Of a stretch of 64,000 nucleotides of DNA, positions 42,604 to 51,427 are shown in pieces; within the stretch, counting starts at the first letter, position 1, and every line of letters begins with the position of its first letter. The DNA lies in NCBI GenBank assembly GCA_000004985.1, contig GG738907.1, one strand, 5' to 3'. Both the position numbers and the translations under genes were made by a program. The notes beneath the pieces are model-generated. The model worked only from the letters and a program-made list of their open reading frames with translations, was not told where the DNA came from and did not search any database. Source of the stretch: Naegleria gruberi (Eukaryota).

Positions 42604-43508
42604 TCAAAATTGCGCAGCAAGAAGATGTGTAAGCAGAAAGGATGAGGTTTATTCTACTTTCGGATGATCAAACACCCGCTGTTATGAGCAAACCTCCTCG
42701 AATGTTTCTTGTCTGGAAGGCAGATTATTGTTATGGTGTTTGATAGCGGGGCGGTCAGTTGGCTGTACTACACTATGCGATATGTCTTTGTCCATCTATT
42801 GATGCGAATTTGAATGGTGAAACAAGTTTATTAGAAACTAATCTTTTGAAGTTGTTCAATAGAGTAAGTTTAAAATTCGAAAACATACATATTATCCAAT
42901 GAAAATCAAAGTGTTTATTCCAATTCTAAAGAAAGGTTTCGAATATTAAATAAAGCAACATGCCATGTTAAATAATCTCCAAAACCTTGAAACTAATGGT
43001 AAACTGAGTTCATAAGTTGCCCATCAATTTAAGATGACACAAAGATATAAATGTCAAAGAATAATGAATAATACCATGTCGCCTCCTCAATTTCAACTAC
43101 AGTTTTATGTCAATAATCACAATTGACATTAGATTGGCAACTTTCCTTTTATTAATACAACAAAATGTTACAAGTTAGAAATAGTAGCTAACAAGTTGGA
43201 ATGTGTTTAAAATTCTCCTGAGTAGAGCCACTACCAACTCATCTCGAGCTTATCAATCTTTATCCTGTTGATAGTGTGTTACAATTGATCAATTCATATG
43301 ATTCATTCAATTGTAGATGATAATAATTGATAGAAATTTATTAGAGATGATCTGCAGACACTTGAATGGTTTGTGTTTACTGTCTTTTTCGTTATTCAAT
43401 TACTATCTGGTTCTCACGAGTTTGTTTTCATTCTGATCTTTGGAATATTCTCTGTTCGTTTGTACAACACATGTAGTTTGCAAACATGTGTGGAGAAACA
43501 AGTAGACT

Positions 43509-44444
43509 CTAATTGTTGCCATTCTGATTGCATTCTCTTACAAAGTTTACAAATTCCATTGTAAAAAGTGAAACTCTCCATGCACGTTTTTTGAAAAGTG
43601 GAATAATGTGTGGATTCTCGCTCAATAATTGACGATATTCATTCTTCTCAACAACCAATTTGTAATCCTTCTTTGGATAGAATGATTCAAACTTTGGACA
43701 ATAGAAATGAGAAACATCATCCTTATTAGTGAAAATATTCGAAATGACATAAGTGGCTCCATTCCAAACAACAGAATAGTCATTGACATTGCTCATCACA
43801 ATATCTTGCTTGTTATGACTCAGTGATGATTCTGCTATAACAGTAAACTCAATTGGTGAACTGCTGGCTCTACTAGAAGTATGACTTGGTTGTGGACTAT
43901 TTGTTGGTTGAGTGCTGTTTGATTGAGTATCTACCTTTCTCTTCTTCCTTTTGAGAAGTACGTTCTCTTGCACAAGACGAGAAATTTCAGATTGTTGTCT
44001 CTCAATTTCTGCATTTAGCCGGTTAAACTCATCAACAGGGGATGTTCTCTTCAATGATTGTTTCATCTGGCCAACTGATGTTTGCTCAGTGACAGAAGAT
44101 GGTATGTATAATTGTCTGTTACTGCTTGTTGATACTGCTGCTGTAGCTGGATTAACATGTGTGAATCCCGGTTGGTTATTATTTTGGTGGTGATATAAAA
44201 CAGTTGGGTTGACCAAATTATTTGCAAAGGTGTTTTGGATAAATTCATCAAAACTTGGCAAGGTATTGTTTAATGGCATGGTGATTATTGACATTATCGA
44301 ATAGATAACAACAATTGATGAAGGTTGTTCGTTTGTTTTTTTCTCTGTGTATGAGAAATTCTCCAAGCAGCTTGCTGGGCTTAAAGATATTGTTCCCAAG
44401 AAAAGTGACCATTTCAGGATTCTAGGAAGGACCGATACCACCAT
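43509..44444 (-). CDS. Family member 5 (311 aa or less; the real start is probably the internal MSIITMPLNN or MPLNN), the most diverged copy
   Basis: LPSFDEFIQNTF motif. Coiled coil FNRLNAEIERQQSEISRLVQENVLLKRKKRK. C-terminal YSVVWNGATYVISNIFTNKDDVSHFYCPKFESFYPKKDYKLVVEKNEYRQLLSENPHIIPLFKKRAWRVSLFTMEFVNFVRECNQ. Confidence 0.55.
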   Translation of the reverse strand: MVVSVLPRILKWSLFLGTISLSPASCLENFSYTEKKTNEQPSSIVVIYSIMSIITMPLNNTLPSFDEFIQNTFANNLVNPTVLYHHQNNNQPGFTHVNPATAAVSTSSNRQLYIPSSVTEQTSVGQMKQSLKRTSPVDEFNRLNAEIERQQSEISRLVQENVLLKRKKRKVDTQSNSTQPTNSPQPSHTSSRASSSPIEFTVIAESSLSHNKQDIVMSNVNDYSVVWNGATYVISNIFTNKDDVSHFYCPKFESFYPKKDYKLVVEKNEYRQLLSENPHIIPLFKKRAWRVSLFTMEFVNFVRECNQNGNN

Positions 44445-44966
44445 TCTTCCACCACAGATTTACAGAGCTTTTCAAGAAACTGGTTTAAACATGTTACATT
44501 GTGAGTGCTTGTACGGATCAGTACTTGCCAACTTCAAATGTCAATATAATTACCCTGAAATCTAGTTTGGACTTGTGTTTAGAGACGTTGATGACCAATA
44601 CATTGAACAAGGAAGGATATCAGCTTTGATTAAAAAGTATTTATTGTGATGTGAGTAGGTACATTTTGCTTTAAACTTATCATTCTATCCAATTAATGCA
44701 TTCCCTTACGACTATTGTTTAAAATGATAGGTTACCTAATTGAGAAGTGGATTGCATACTTGGAGTTTGGAATGCAGTTTACAAAGGTTGTATTAACAAT
44801 TCTCATCACATTTCTAATGTTTTCATTGTTTGCCATACAGTTAGTTGGACACCATAGATGAATTAAGAAGAAATGAATCAATTGACTTACATTTAAAATA
44901 CTAGGATTTATTCATCTTAGTTGTATTGATTAGTTGGTAGTTGACCAGCTATTCCACATAATTTGC

Positions 44967-46469
44967 TTAGAAAATATAGTTAGGGGATGGAATGTTCATT
45001 CCGAGACTGTTATTAATCTTTTCAATAACTTCTTCCTTAATCTTACTCTTATCCTTAATGTGCAATGGATTCAAAGCAAAGTGATCAGCAACAACGTTAA
45101 TGTTGGCAGCAACCTTACCACGAGTAATGGCCTTGACTTCATCACCCATAAAAGTAATACAGAGATATTTGCTTCTCTTTACATTATCTAATTCACATGC
45201 AATAACACGCAAAAGAATATGGTAGGCCTTATCTGGCAACAAGAGTGAACAACATTCATCGAATGAGGTACCCTTCTTGAACAATTTGAGGAGTTTCTTA
45301 TCCTTTTCATCATATTCAATAATAGCATAACTAATATCAGATTGTTCATCTCTCAATTCATTGTAAGCAGCTCCGATAGCTTCTTCAAATTTGATACCAG
45401 TGGATGTTGTGGCGACGAATGGTTTGGCAGATGGTGAAGCAACCTTCTTTTCAATAGTTTCTTCAGCCTTCAATTCTTCGAACTTTGAAATAGTATCATT
45501 GATCTTCTTTGGAGTGGATGGAGCAATTGTCTTTTCTTCAACAACAGGTGTGACCTTTTCGATAGCAATTGGTTCAACCTTCTTTTCGACAACAGGTTCT
45601 GGTTTCTTTTCTTCAACTTTTGGTTGTTCAATCTTCTTTTCAACAACAGGTTCAGGCTTCTTTTCTTCGACAATTGGTTCAGGTTTCTTTTCTTCAACAA
45701 TTTGAACTGGTTCAGGCTTCTTTTCTTCAACCTTTGGTTCTTCTACTTTCTTTTCAACAACAGGTTCTGGTTTCTTTTCTTCAACAACTGGAGTTGGTTC
45801 AACCTTCTTTTCTGCAACAACTGGTTCTGGTTTCTTTTCCTCAACTACTACAGGTTCTGGTTTCTTTTCTTCAACTTTTGGTTCTTCAACCTTCTTTTCT
45901 ACTACAGGTTCAGGCTTCTTTTCTTCAACAACTTGAACTGGTTCAGGTTTCTTTTCTTCAACAATTGGTTCAGGTTTCTTTTCTTCGACAACTTGAACTG
46001 GTTCCGGTTTCTTTTCCTCAACTACTACAGGCTCTGGCTTCTTTTCTTCAACTTTTGGTTGTTCAACCTTCTTTTCTACTACAGGTTCTGGTTTCTTTTC
46101 TTCAACAACTTGAACTGGTTCAGGTTTCTTTTCTTCAACCTTTGGTTCTTCTTGTTTCTTTTCAGCAACAGGTTCCTTCTTTTCTTTCTTCTTTTCAGCA
46201 ACAACAGGCTTTTGTTCAACAGGAGTTACAGTACTAGTTGTGGCAGCAGCCTTCTTTTCCTTCTTTTGAGTTGAAGGTGTTGATGGAGTGGATGGTGAAG
46301 ATGAGGCTTCTGGAGTAGCTGGAGTTGTAGCAACTTGTGGAGTACCAGCAGATTCTTGTTTCTTCTTCTTCAAGTCTTCCTTAGAGAAGCCATCCTTTTG
46401 TTGTTTCTTGACCTTCTTTTCTTGTTCCTTACGCTTCTTATCTTCTCTCTTCTTTTCTTCATTCTTCAA
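44967..46469 (-). CDS. Repeat-rich Lys/Glu/Pro/Val protein (500 aa) with a C-terminal ADF-H (cofilin/coactosin-like) domain
   Basis: About 15 tandem EEKKPEPV(V/Q)VVE / KKVEEPKVEEKKPEPVV units. The C-terminal globular region aligns to the ADF-H fold, including KRSKYLCITFMGDEV matching cofilin KRSKIVFFTWSPDTA. Confidence 0.55.
   Translation of the reverse strand: MKNEEKKREDKKRKEQEKKVKKQQKDGFSKEDLKKKKQESAGTPQVATTPATPEASSSPSTPSTPSTQKKEKKAAATTSTVTPVEQKPVVAEKKKEKKEPVAEKKQEEPKVEEKKPEPVQVVEEKKPEPVVEKKVEQPKVEEKKPEPVVVEEKKPEPVQVVEEKKPEPIVEEKKPEPVQVVEEKKPEPVVEKKVEEPKVEEKKPEPVVVEEKKPEPVVAEKKVEPTPVVEEKKPEPVVEKKVEEPKVEEKKPEPVQIVEEKKPEPIVEEKKPEPVVEKKIEQPKVEEKKPEPVVEKKVEPIAIEKVTPVVEEKTIAPSTPKKINDTISKFEELKAEETIEKKVASPSAKPFVATTSTGIKFEEAIGAAYNELRDEQSDISYAIIEYDEKDKKLLKLFKKGTSFDECCSLLLPDKAYHILLRVIACELDNVKRSKYLCITFMGDEVKAITRGKVAANINVVADHFALNPLHIKDKSKIKEEVIEKINNSLGMNIPSPNYIF
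45480..46200 (-). repeat. Coding tandem repeat (units of ~33 nt nested in ~180-nt higher-order units) encoding the KKPEPVVE array. It generates spurious ORFs on the opposite strand.
   Basis: Reiterated ggttcaggtttcttttcttcaacaa... blocks. The plus-strand ORFs 45391..45705, 45569..46237 and 45624..46274 are low-complexity artefacts of this repeat. Confidence 0.75.
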
Positions 46470-47341
46470 ATCTATTTTCCATCATCACCAAATTATTTAA
46501 TAATAATAATAATCATCATCCAATTTTATCAATATAAATAATATCATCAACATCATCATTTGGTAATTTTATAAACGACAATGTGAACGGTTCATCATCA
46601 AACCATTTTTTTCATCATCATTATGAAATCGTAAATTTGTATTTTGGCGGGAAATGTTCATCCTTTAGCAAAAATTCATGTACAAAACATACCATTGAGA
46701 ATTTGGTCAATATCTTCTTCAGACTTGGTAGTGGTGGTGTTCTTCCTTGCTTTTGTCATCTTGTTGGTGGCAATGTGTTAATTTTTTTTTCGACTTTTGA
46801 CGTGAGTCATTTTGTTAATTGGGTGTGAAAGGTTCAGCGTCAACAGTTTGCACCTTGTTACGAATAAGTAGAATAGATTTCGTCTTGCAAAAAATCGGTC
46901 AACCTGTGTAGTAATAAGAAGCATTAATGGTGTTGTTGCTTTGCTTTTGTCAGATGGTTTAGATGAAGGAGATACAATTGTTATTCGAAAGGTTTCGTTT
47001 TTAGTGTGTGATGAAGAGACTTTTGGATCTATTCCATTACAAAAAATGAAGCATCAGGAAACTTCCGATGTTCCACCATTCAAATTCCTAGAGGTCTTGT
47101 TCCATCTTTCGAATATTAAATAATTTAATTTTCTTCTCTCACTTTCGAATATCAAAAACAATGAGAAAAATAACACACAAACAATTTACAAATATAGCCA
47201 GTACTGTGAATTAACCATATAAAGCCCATCCATCACCATAACAATCATGATGACGTGTGCGACGAATTATTGTAAACAAAGATGCAATAATTTAACTATT
47301 TAACAATTTCAAAAAATCTTTAAAAAATCTTTAAAAAAAAA

Positions 47342-48010
47342 ATGTCAACAACACACCAACAAGAAGAATCCAACAAAATTGTCCAATACTTTGTGAAAAA
47401 GTACAAATTGTTGCCTCACGTTGAAGGCGGATATTATTCGGAGATTTTCAGAAACCCACTTTCTGTGAATATTCAAAATTCTTCAACATCTTCTGATTCT
47501 ACTATTAGTAGTGCCAGTAGTGAAAATTCTGTTGAAAATCAACGTAGTTTATCAACGAGTATTTTCTACTTGTTGGGTGGAGGTGATTTTTCATGTTTTC
47601 ACTCGATTAAATCCTTTGAACAGTGGCATTATTATACGGGAAGTTGTAATTTGATAATTCACGTATTGGATCCTCAAACAAAGAGATATGGAAAGTTTGT
47701 GTTGAATAATAGACCGAATGTGGAGAGTGATTTGTCATTGCAACAAGAGGATTTGTTGACACCTCATTGGGGAAGTGAAAAAGTTGAATTGACAAATTTG
47801 TCGTGTTTCATTCCTGAAAATTGGTGGTTTGCTGCTGAATTGGAGGATAAATCACCAGAAAATTATGTTATGGCAGGTTGTACTGTTTCATTTGGATTTG
47901 ATTTTAGAGATTTTGCTAAGGCTAAAAGAGATAATTTACTTGCAGAGTTCTGTAAGGATGGAAATGATAAGGAATTGGAGGAATTAATTAAAAGATTAAC
48001 GAGGGATTAA
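47342..48010 (+). CDS. Cupin-superfamily DUF985-like protein (222 aa)
   Basis: Diagnostic HVEGGYYSE and ...WHYYTG... motifs of the DUF985/cupin_5 family (yeast YML079W type). An S-rich insert lies between beta-strands. Confidence 0.55.
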   Translation: MSTTHQQEESNKIVQYFVKKYKLLPHVEGGYYSEIFRNPLSVNIQNSSTSSDSTISSASSENSVENQRSLSTSIFYLLGGGDFSCFHSIKSFEQWHYYTGSCNLIIHVLDPQTKRYGKFVLNNRPNVESDLSLQQEDLLTPHWGSEKVELTNLSCFIPENWWFAAELEDKSPENYVMAGCTVSFGFDFRDFAKAKRDNLLAEFCKDGNDKELEELIKRLTRD

Positions 48011-48169
48011 TTTTTATTAGAAATTTTGAAAATGTTGAAATTATTTGAACTCAAACCATACATCCAAAATATTCATTCTCTTTTCAATTCTTGATTATAT
48101 TTACATTTTTCTTAATATCAATCGTTTGAACTTCTGAATTATTTTCTTAATCAATGAATATAATTTTTC

Positions 48170-49318
48170 TTACTGAACTTGACAATGCTTCTTCTTTTCA
48201 GAATTATCATTGTATGAATGTAATGCAGCTAAGGCTTTCACACAAACAGGCATAAAATCCTCCAATCCAATCTTTTTCAAAGAAGATGTTTCAATATAAG
48301 TGATACAACCAGTATTTCTTGCAATAGCTTCACCTTCCTCAAACGATATTGGGGTTTTCAGAGATTTGAGTGATTCTTTTGAGAATTTTAGCTCTCTGTC
48401 ATCAATCTTGCATCCAATCAGAATAATTGGAGTAGAAAATCCCTTATGTAGTCTTATTTCTGGAATGTAACAAGAAATTGCCATTTCCAATGACTCTTTC
48501 GAACAAACAGAGAAACAAACACAACTCAAATGAGAAATAGTGTAACCGTGAGGTCGGAGCCGTTCAAATCCTGGATGACATCCTAAATCCCACAACTCTA
48601 AACACACTTTCTTTTTTTCCAATTGATAGAATAGTTCAAAATTTTCGTAAACTCCTGGAATGTATTCTGGAAACTCTCCATATCCCAATGTGAAAATCAT
48701 TGAAGTTCTTCCACTTCCTGGTAAACCAAGCATTGTGCAATTGAATTTCAAATCTTTTGAGATGTTTTTCAATTTGTTTGTGAGTGGAGCTGCATCTTGA
48801 TGAATATTTTCCAAATTTTTCAATTCTTCCTTTGGAATAAACAATGTCTTTTGATGGTATGGACTAATAAAATTTGGAACTAGTATGTTTTTAGTCATTT
48901 CCATATAGTCCATCTTTTCATTCATCACTCGATTGTCAATTTCATGAAATAGTTCAACCAATTTTTCTCTGAATTTTTCTCTAATTATCAATTCAACTTG
49001 TGGCATTCCATTCGTTTTGTTTGATTCAACATGGAAATAATTTTCATAAATTGGATGATGCAAATAATCGGTGGGATAGGAGGTTTCTTGAGCATAGAAA
49101 GGTTCACTGACAAGCAGTGCCAATGCATTTAATTTAGTTTCCACTCTTAGTTTCCACAAATCATCTTCCAGCAGGAGATATCTAGAGAATGGACAAGTGT
49201 TCATGGAGGTGAGTAGAAGATTTCCGAGAGAGTAAATATCAAGGAAACGAAAAATTTCTCGCCACATGTCATCGTTTAATAGACAAAATGGCATTGTTTT
49301 ATGATCTTGAGATGACAT
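48170..49318 (-). CDS. F-box-like domain fused to a divergent Rho-family small GTPase domain with degenerate G motifs (pseudo-GTPase?)
   Basis: N-terminal FCLLNDDMWREIFRFLDIYSLGNLLLTS is F-box-like. The GTPase core has P-loop GLPGSGRTS (Lys to Arg), G3 WDLGCHP (DxxG/Q degenerate, in place of WDTAGQE), and G4 GCKIDD (NKxD becomes CKID), with a Rho-like ordering of elements. Confidence 0.55.
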   Translation of the reverse strand: MSSQDHKTMPFCLLNDDMWREIFRFLDIYSLGNLLLTSMNTCPFSRYLLLEDDLWKLRVETKLNALALLVSEPFYAQETSYPTDYLHHPIYENYFHVESNKTNGMPQVELIIREKFREKLVELFHEIDNRVMNEKMDYMEMTKNILVPNFISPYHQKTLFIPKEELKNLENIHQDAAPLTNKLKNISKDLKFNCTMLGLPGSGRTSMIFTLGYGEFPEYIPGVYENFELFYQLEKKKVCLELWDLGCHPGFERLRPHGYTISHLSCVCFSVCSKESLEMAISCYIPEIRLHKGFSTPIILIGCKIDDRELKFSKESLKSLKTPISFEEGEAIARNTGCITYIETSSLKKIGLEDFMPVCVKALAALHSYNDNSEKKKHCQVQ

Positions 49319-49608
49319 TTTTTTTCATTGTAAACAAATTAATTCAAGAAGTGATTTGGACACATGGTAATCTCTCTTGCAAGGTTATCTTTAACAGCTA
49401 GAACCATATTACTAGCCAATCTTTCAGTACGAATCTAAATTCAATATTTGTAAATTACATTCAATAATAATACTAAATACACACGGAGTGATGATGTCCT
49501 TCAAGTCAAACCAACCAAACAATATTGTTAAATATTATCTTGTGTGGGGCATGCACAAAATTGGGAGGAATTTTATTTTTAACTAACATTTTTTGATATA
49601 TAACGTAA

Positions 49609-49680
49609 AGCAAATTGGCGCAGCGGAAGCGCGATGGGCTCATAACCCATAGGTCCTAGGATCGAAACCTAGATTTGCTA
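49609..49680 (+). tRNA. tRNA-iMet(CAU): Initiator tRNA-Met (anticodon CAU), 72 nt
   Basis: AGCAAATTGGCGCAGCGGAAGCGCGATGGGCTCATAACCCATAGGTCCTAGGATCGAAACCTAGATTTGCTA. Eukaryotic initiator hallmarks: an A1:U72 pair, three G-C pairs closing the anticodon stem (GGG/CCC), and a T-loop ATCGAAA (A54, A60). It is near-identical to animal and fungal initiators. Confidence 0.9.
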
Positions 49681-49750
49681 TGACTTTTTGGCTGATAGTC
49701 AATGGTATTGGTATAGTAATATAAGTAAAACTAATTTTGGTACAGTCAAT

Positions 49751-51211
49751 CTAGAGTGTTATTTTCAATGATTTTAATGTGGAAAGCTGATTCTCCATTC
49801 TTACTGTAATATCATAATTTTCCCGCAAGTCTAGTTCTGTTAATTGTTTCATTAAAAGAATGGATTTAACTCCTTCATCACTCAACTCATTCTTTCTAAT
49901 GTGGAGGATTCGTAATTGTGTCAATTCACTGATTAATTTTGCACCCTTATTTCCAATTTGATTTTCACTAATGTAAAGGGTTCTTAATTGTTTTAGTTGA
50001 TTGATAAATTGAGCTCCTTTGTGACTAATATTGTTTCCACCAATGTCAAGAAATGTTAATTGTTTCAATTGGATTATCGATTTTACACCCTCGTTGCCGA
50101 TTTGATTGAAATCAGCCTTGAGTTTTGTTAAATGTTTCAATCTACATAGTGATTTTAGTCCTTCATCATTGATTCGATTGCTTCCAATTGAAAGCTTGGT
50201 TAATTTATCAAGTTTGCTGATCAAAATAGCTCCTCTAGCACCAATTTGATTGCTACTAATTTTGAGTCTTGTTAATTGAGACAATTGACTGATGGTCTCG
50301 ACTCCCTCAATGCCTATATGATTTTCACTAATAGAGAGGTTTGTTAATTGTTTCATTTGAGAAATAAATTGGGAACTTCCCACATTAATATGATTATTAT
50401 GAACACTCAATTTTGTTAAATGTTTCATTCCACTTATTACTTTCATTCCTTCATCACCAATATTATTGTAACTAATATTAAGCTTTGTCAATTGATGCAA
50501 TTCGCCTATAGAACTTGCACCCTGTGAGTTGATATCGTTATATCTCACATAAAGTTTGGTTAATTCTTTCATTTGACTAATATATTTAGCTCCTATATCT
50601 CCAATATCATTCGCAGTTATATCAAGTTCTTTCAATTGGTTCAATTCGCTCACTGCCTTTGCTCCCTCTATTCCAATTCCATTACAACTAATATCAAGAC
50701 ATAACAATTGATTAAATTGACTGATAGTTTGTAATCCATTCTGTCCAATTTGATTTCTATGAAAGTTGATCTTTTTTAATTGTTTCAATTCAGCAATTGC
50801 TTTTAAACCGTTTGTTACAATGTAATTGTGATTATAGCTCAATTCATTTGTCGTAGTGGAAAAATCAAGAGATTGTAAATTTTTCATCTGAATAAGAGAT
50901 TTCAAAACACCAGAATTGTATCTTGATAACACTTCCCCAGTCAAATTCACAACATTATCCAAAAATGGACTGAGTAATAATTGTTTGATTGTTTCATCGT
51001 TATTTGAAAATTTAAATGAAAGTTTTCCTCTTTGCTTGATGACAGTGAAAAATTGTTTAGAAATTAGCAAACAACGACTCAGAACAAATCTAGAATTTAG
51101 AAATGACAAAATTTCAAAGCAAATATCATCGGGAAATACCTCATCTATATATTGATCAAAATAAATTTCGAAAATAATCGCTGTCAAAGCATTGTAATTA
51201 CTTACTGTCAC
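49751..51211 (-). CDS. F-box-like plus ribonuclease-inhibitor-type leucine-rich-repeat protein (486 aa, about 14 LRRs of 24 aa)
   Basis: N-terminal DDICFEILSFLNSRFVLSRCLLISKQF is F-box-like. Tandem LxxLxLxxNxIGxxGAxxISxLxxLTxLxIxxN repeats follow (LTKLNISYNNIGDEGMKVISGMKH...). Confidence 0.65.
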   Translation of the reverse strand: MTVSNYNALTAIIFEIYFDQYIDEVFPDDICFEILSFLNSRFVLSRCLLISKQFFTVIKQRGKLSFKFSNNDETIKQLLLSPFLDNVVNLTGEVLSRYNSGVLKSLIQMKNLQSLDFSTTTNELSYNHNYIVTNGLKAIAELKQLKKINFHRNQIGQNGLQTISQFNQLLCLDISCNGIGIEGAKAVSELNQLKELDITANDIGDIGAKYISQMKELTKLYVRYNDINSQGASSIGELHQLTKLNISYNNIGDEGMKVISGMKHLTKLSVHNNHINVGSSQFISQMKQLTNLSISENHIGIEGVETISQLSQLTRLKISSNQIGARGAILISKLDKLTKLSIGSNRINDEGLKSLCRLKHLTKLKADFNQIGNEGVKSIIQLKQLTFLDIGGNNISHKGAQFINQLKQLRTLYISENQIGNKGAKLISELTQLRILHIRKNELSDEGVKSILLMKQLTELDLRENYDITVRMENQLSTLKSLKITL

Positions 51212-51330
51212 TTTCTAGAACACACTTTTTACTTGCTCGGATGCAATTCTGATCATACTCTGTGTTGCTGTTGTGATCTCTAACGCGTTTGTTTGTTGTC
51301 ATTTTTTTGAGGGTTCCCAAAGATTTCTTC

Positions 51331-51413
51331 CAGATTCAAATCGAATTAAGAGGTAAAGGGTTTGTGTTTAATGCGTTTGGTTGTTGTCAGATTCAAATCG
51401 AATTAAGAGGTAA
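51331..51413. repeat. 26-bp direct repeat (cagattcaaatcgaattaagaggtaa; copies at 51331..51356 and 51388..51413, period 57 bp) upstream of the LRR gene
   Basis: Exact duplicate seen in the sequence. It lies between the LRR gene's ATG (51211) and the P450 stop (51428), both on the minus strand. Confidence 0.7.
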
Positions 51414-51427
51414 GAGATTTGTGAGAT

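Noticed and set aside
45480-46200. Regularly spaced direct repeats that could be mistaken for a CRISPR array
   Set aside because: The repeats are in-frame coding units of a eukaryotic protein. There are no unique spacers and no leader or cas context. The whole window is eukaryotic nuclear DNA.
45391-46541. Five long plus-strand ORFs (104-222 aa, L/F/Q/S-rich) overlapping the minus-strand repeat protein
   Set aside because: They are antisense artefacts of the ~33-nt coding tandem repeat. They have extreme low complexity, sit in mutually shifted frames across the same DNA, and have no start context. The minus-strand product has a recognisable ADF-H domain.
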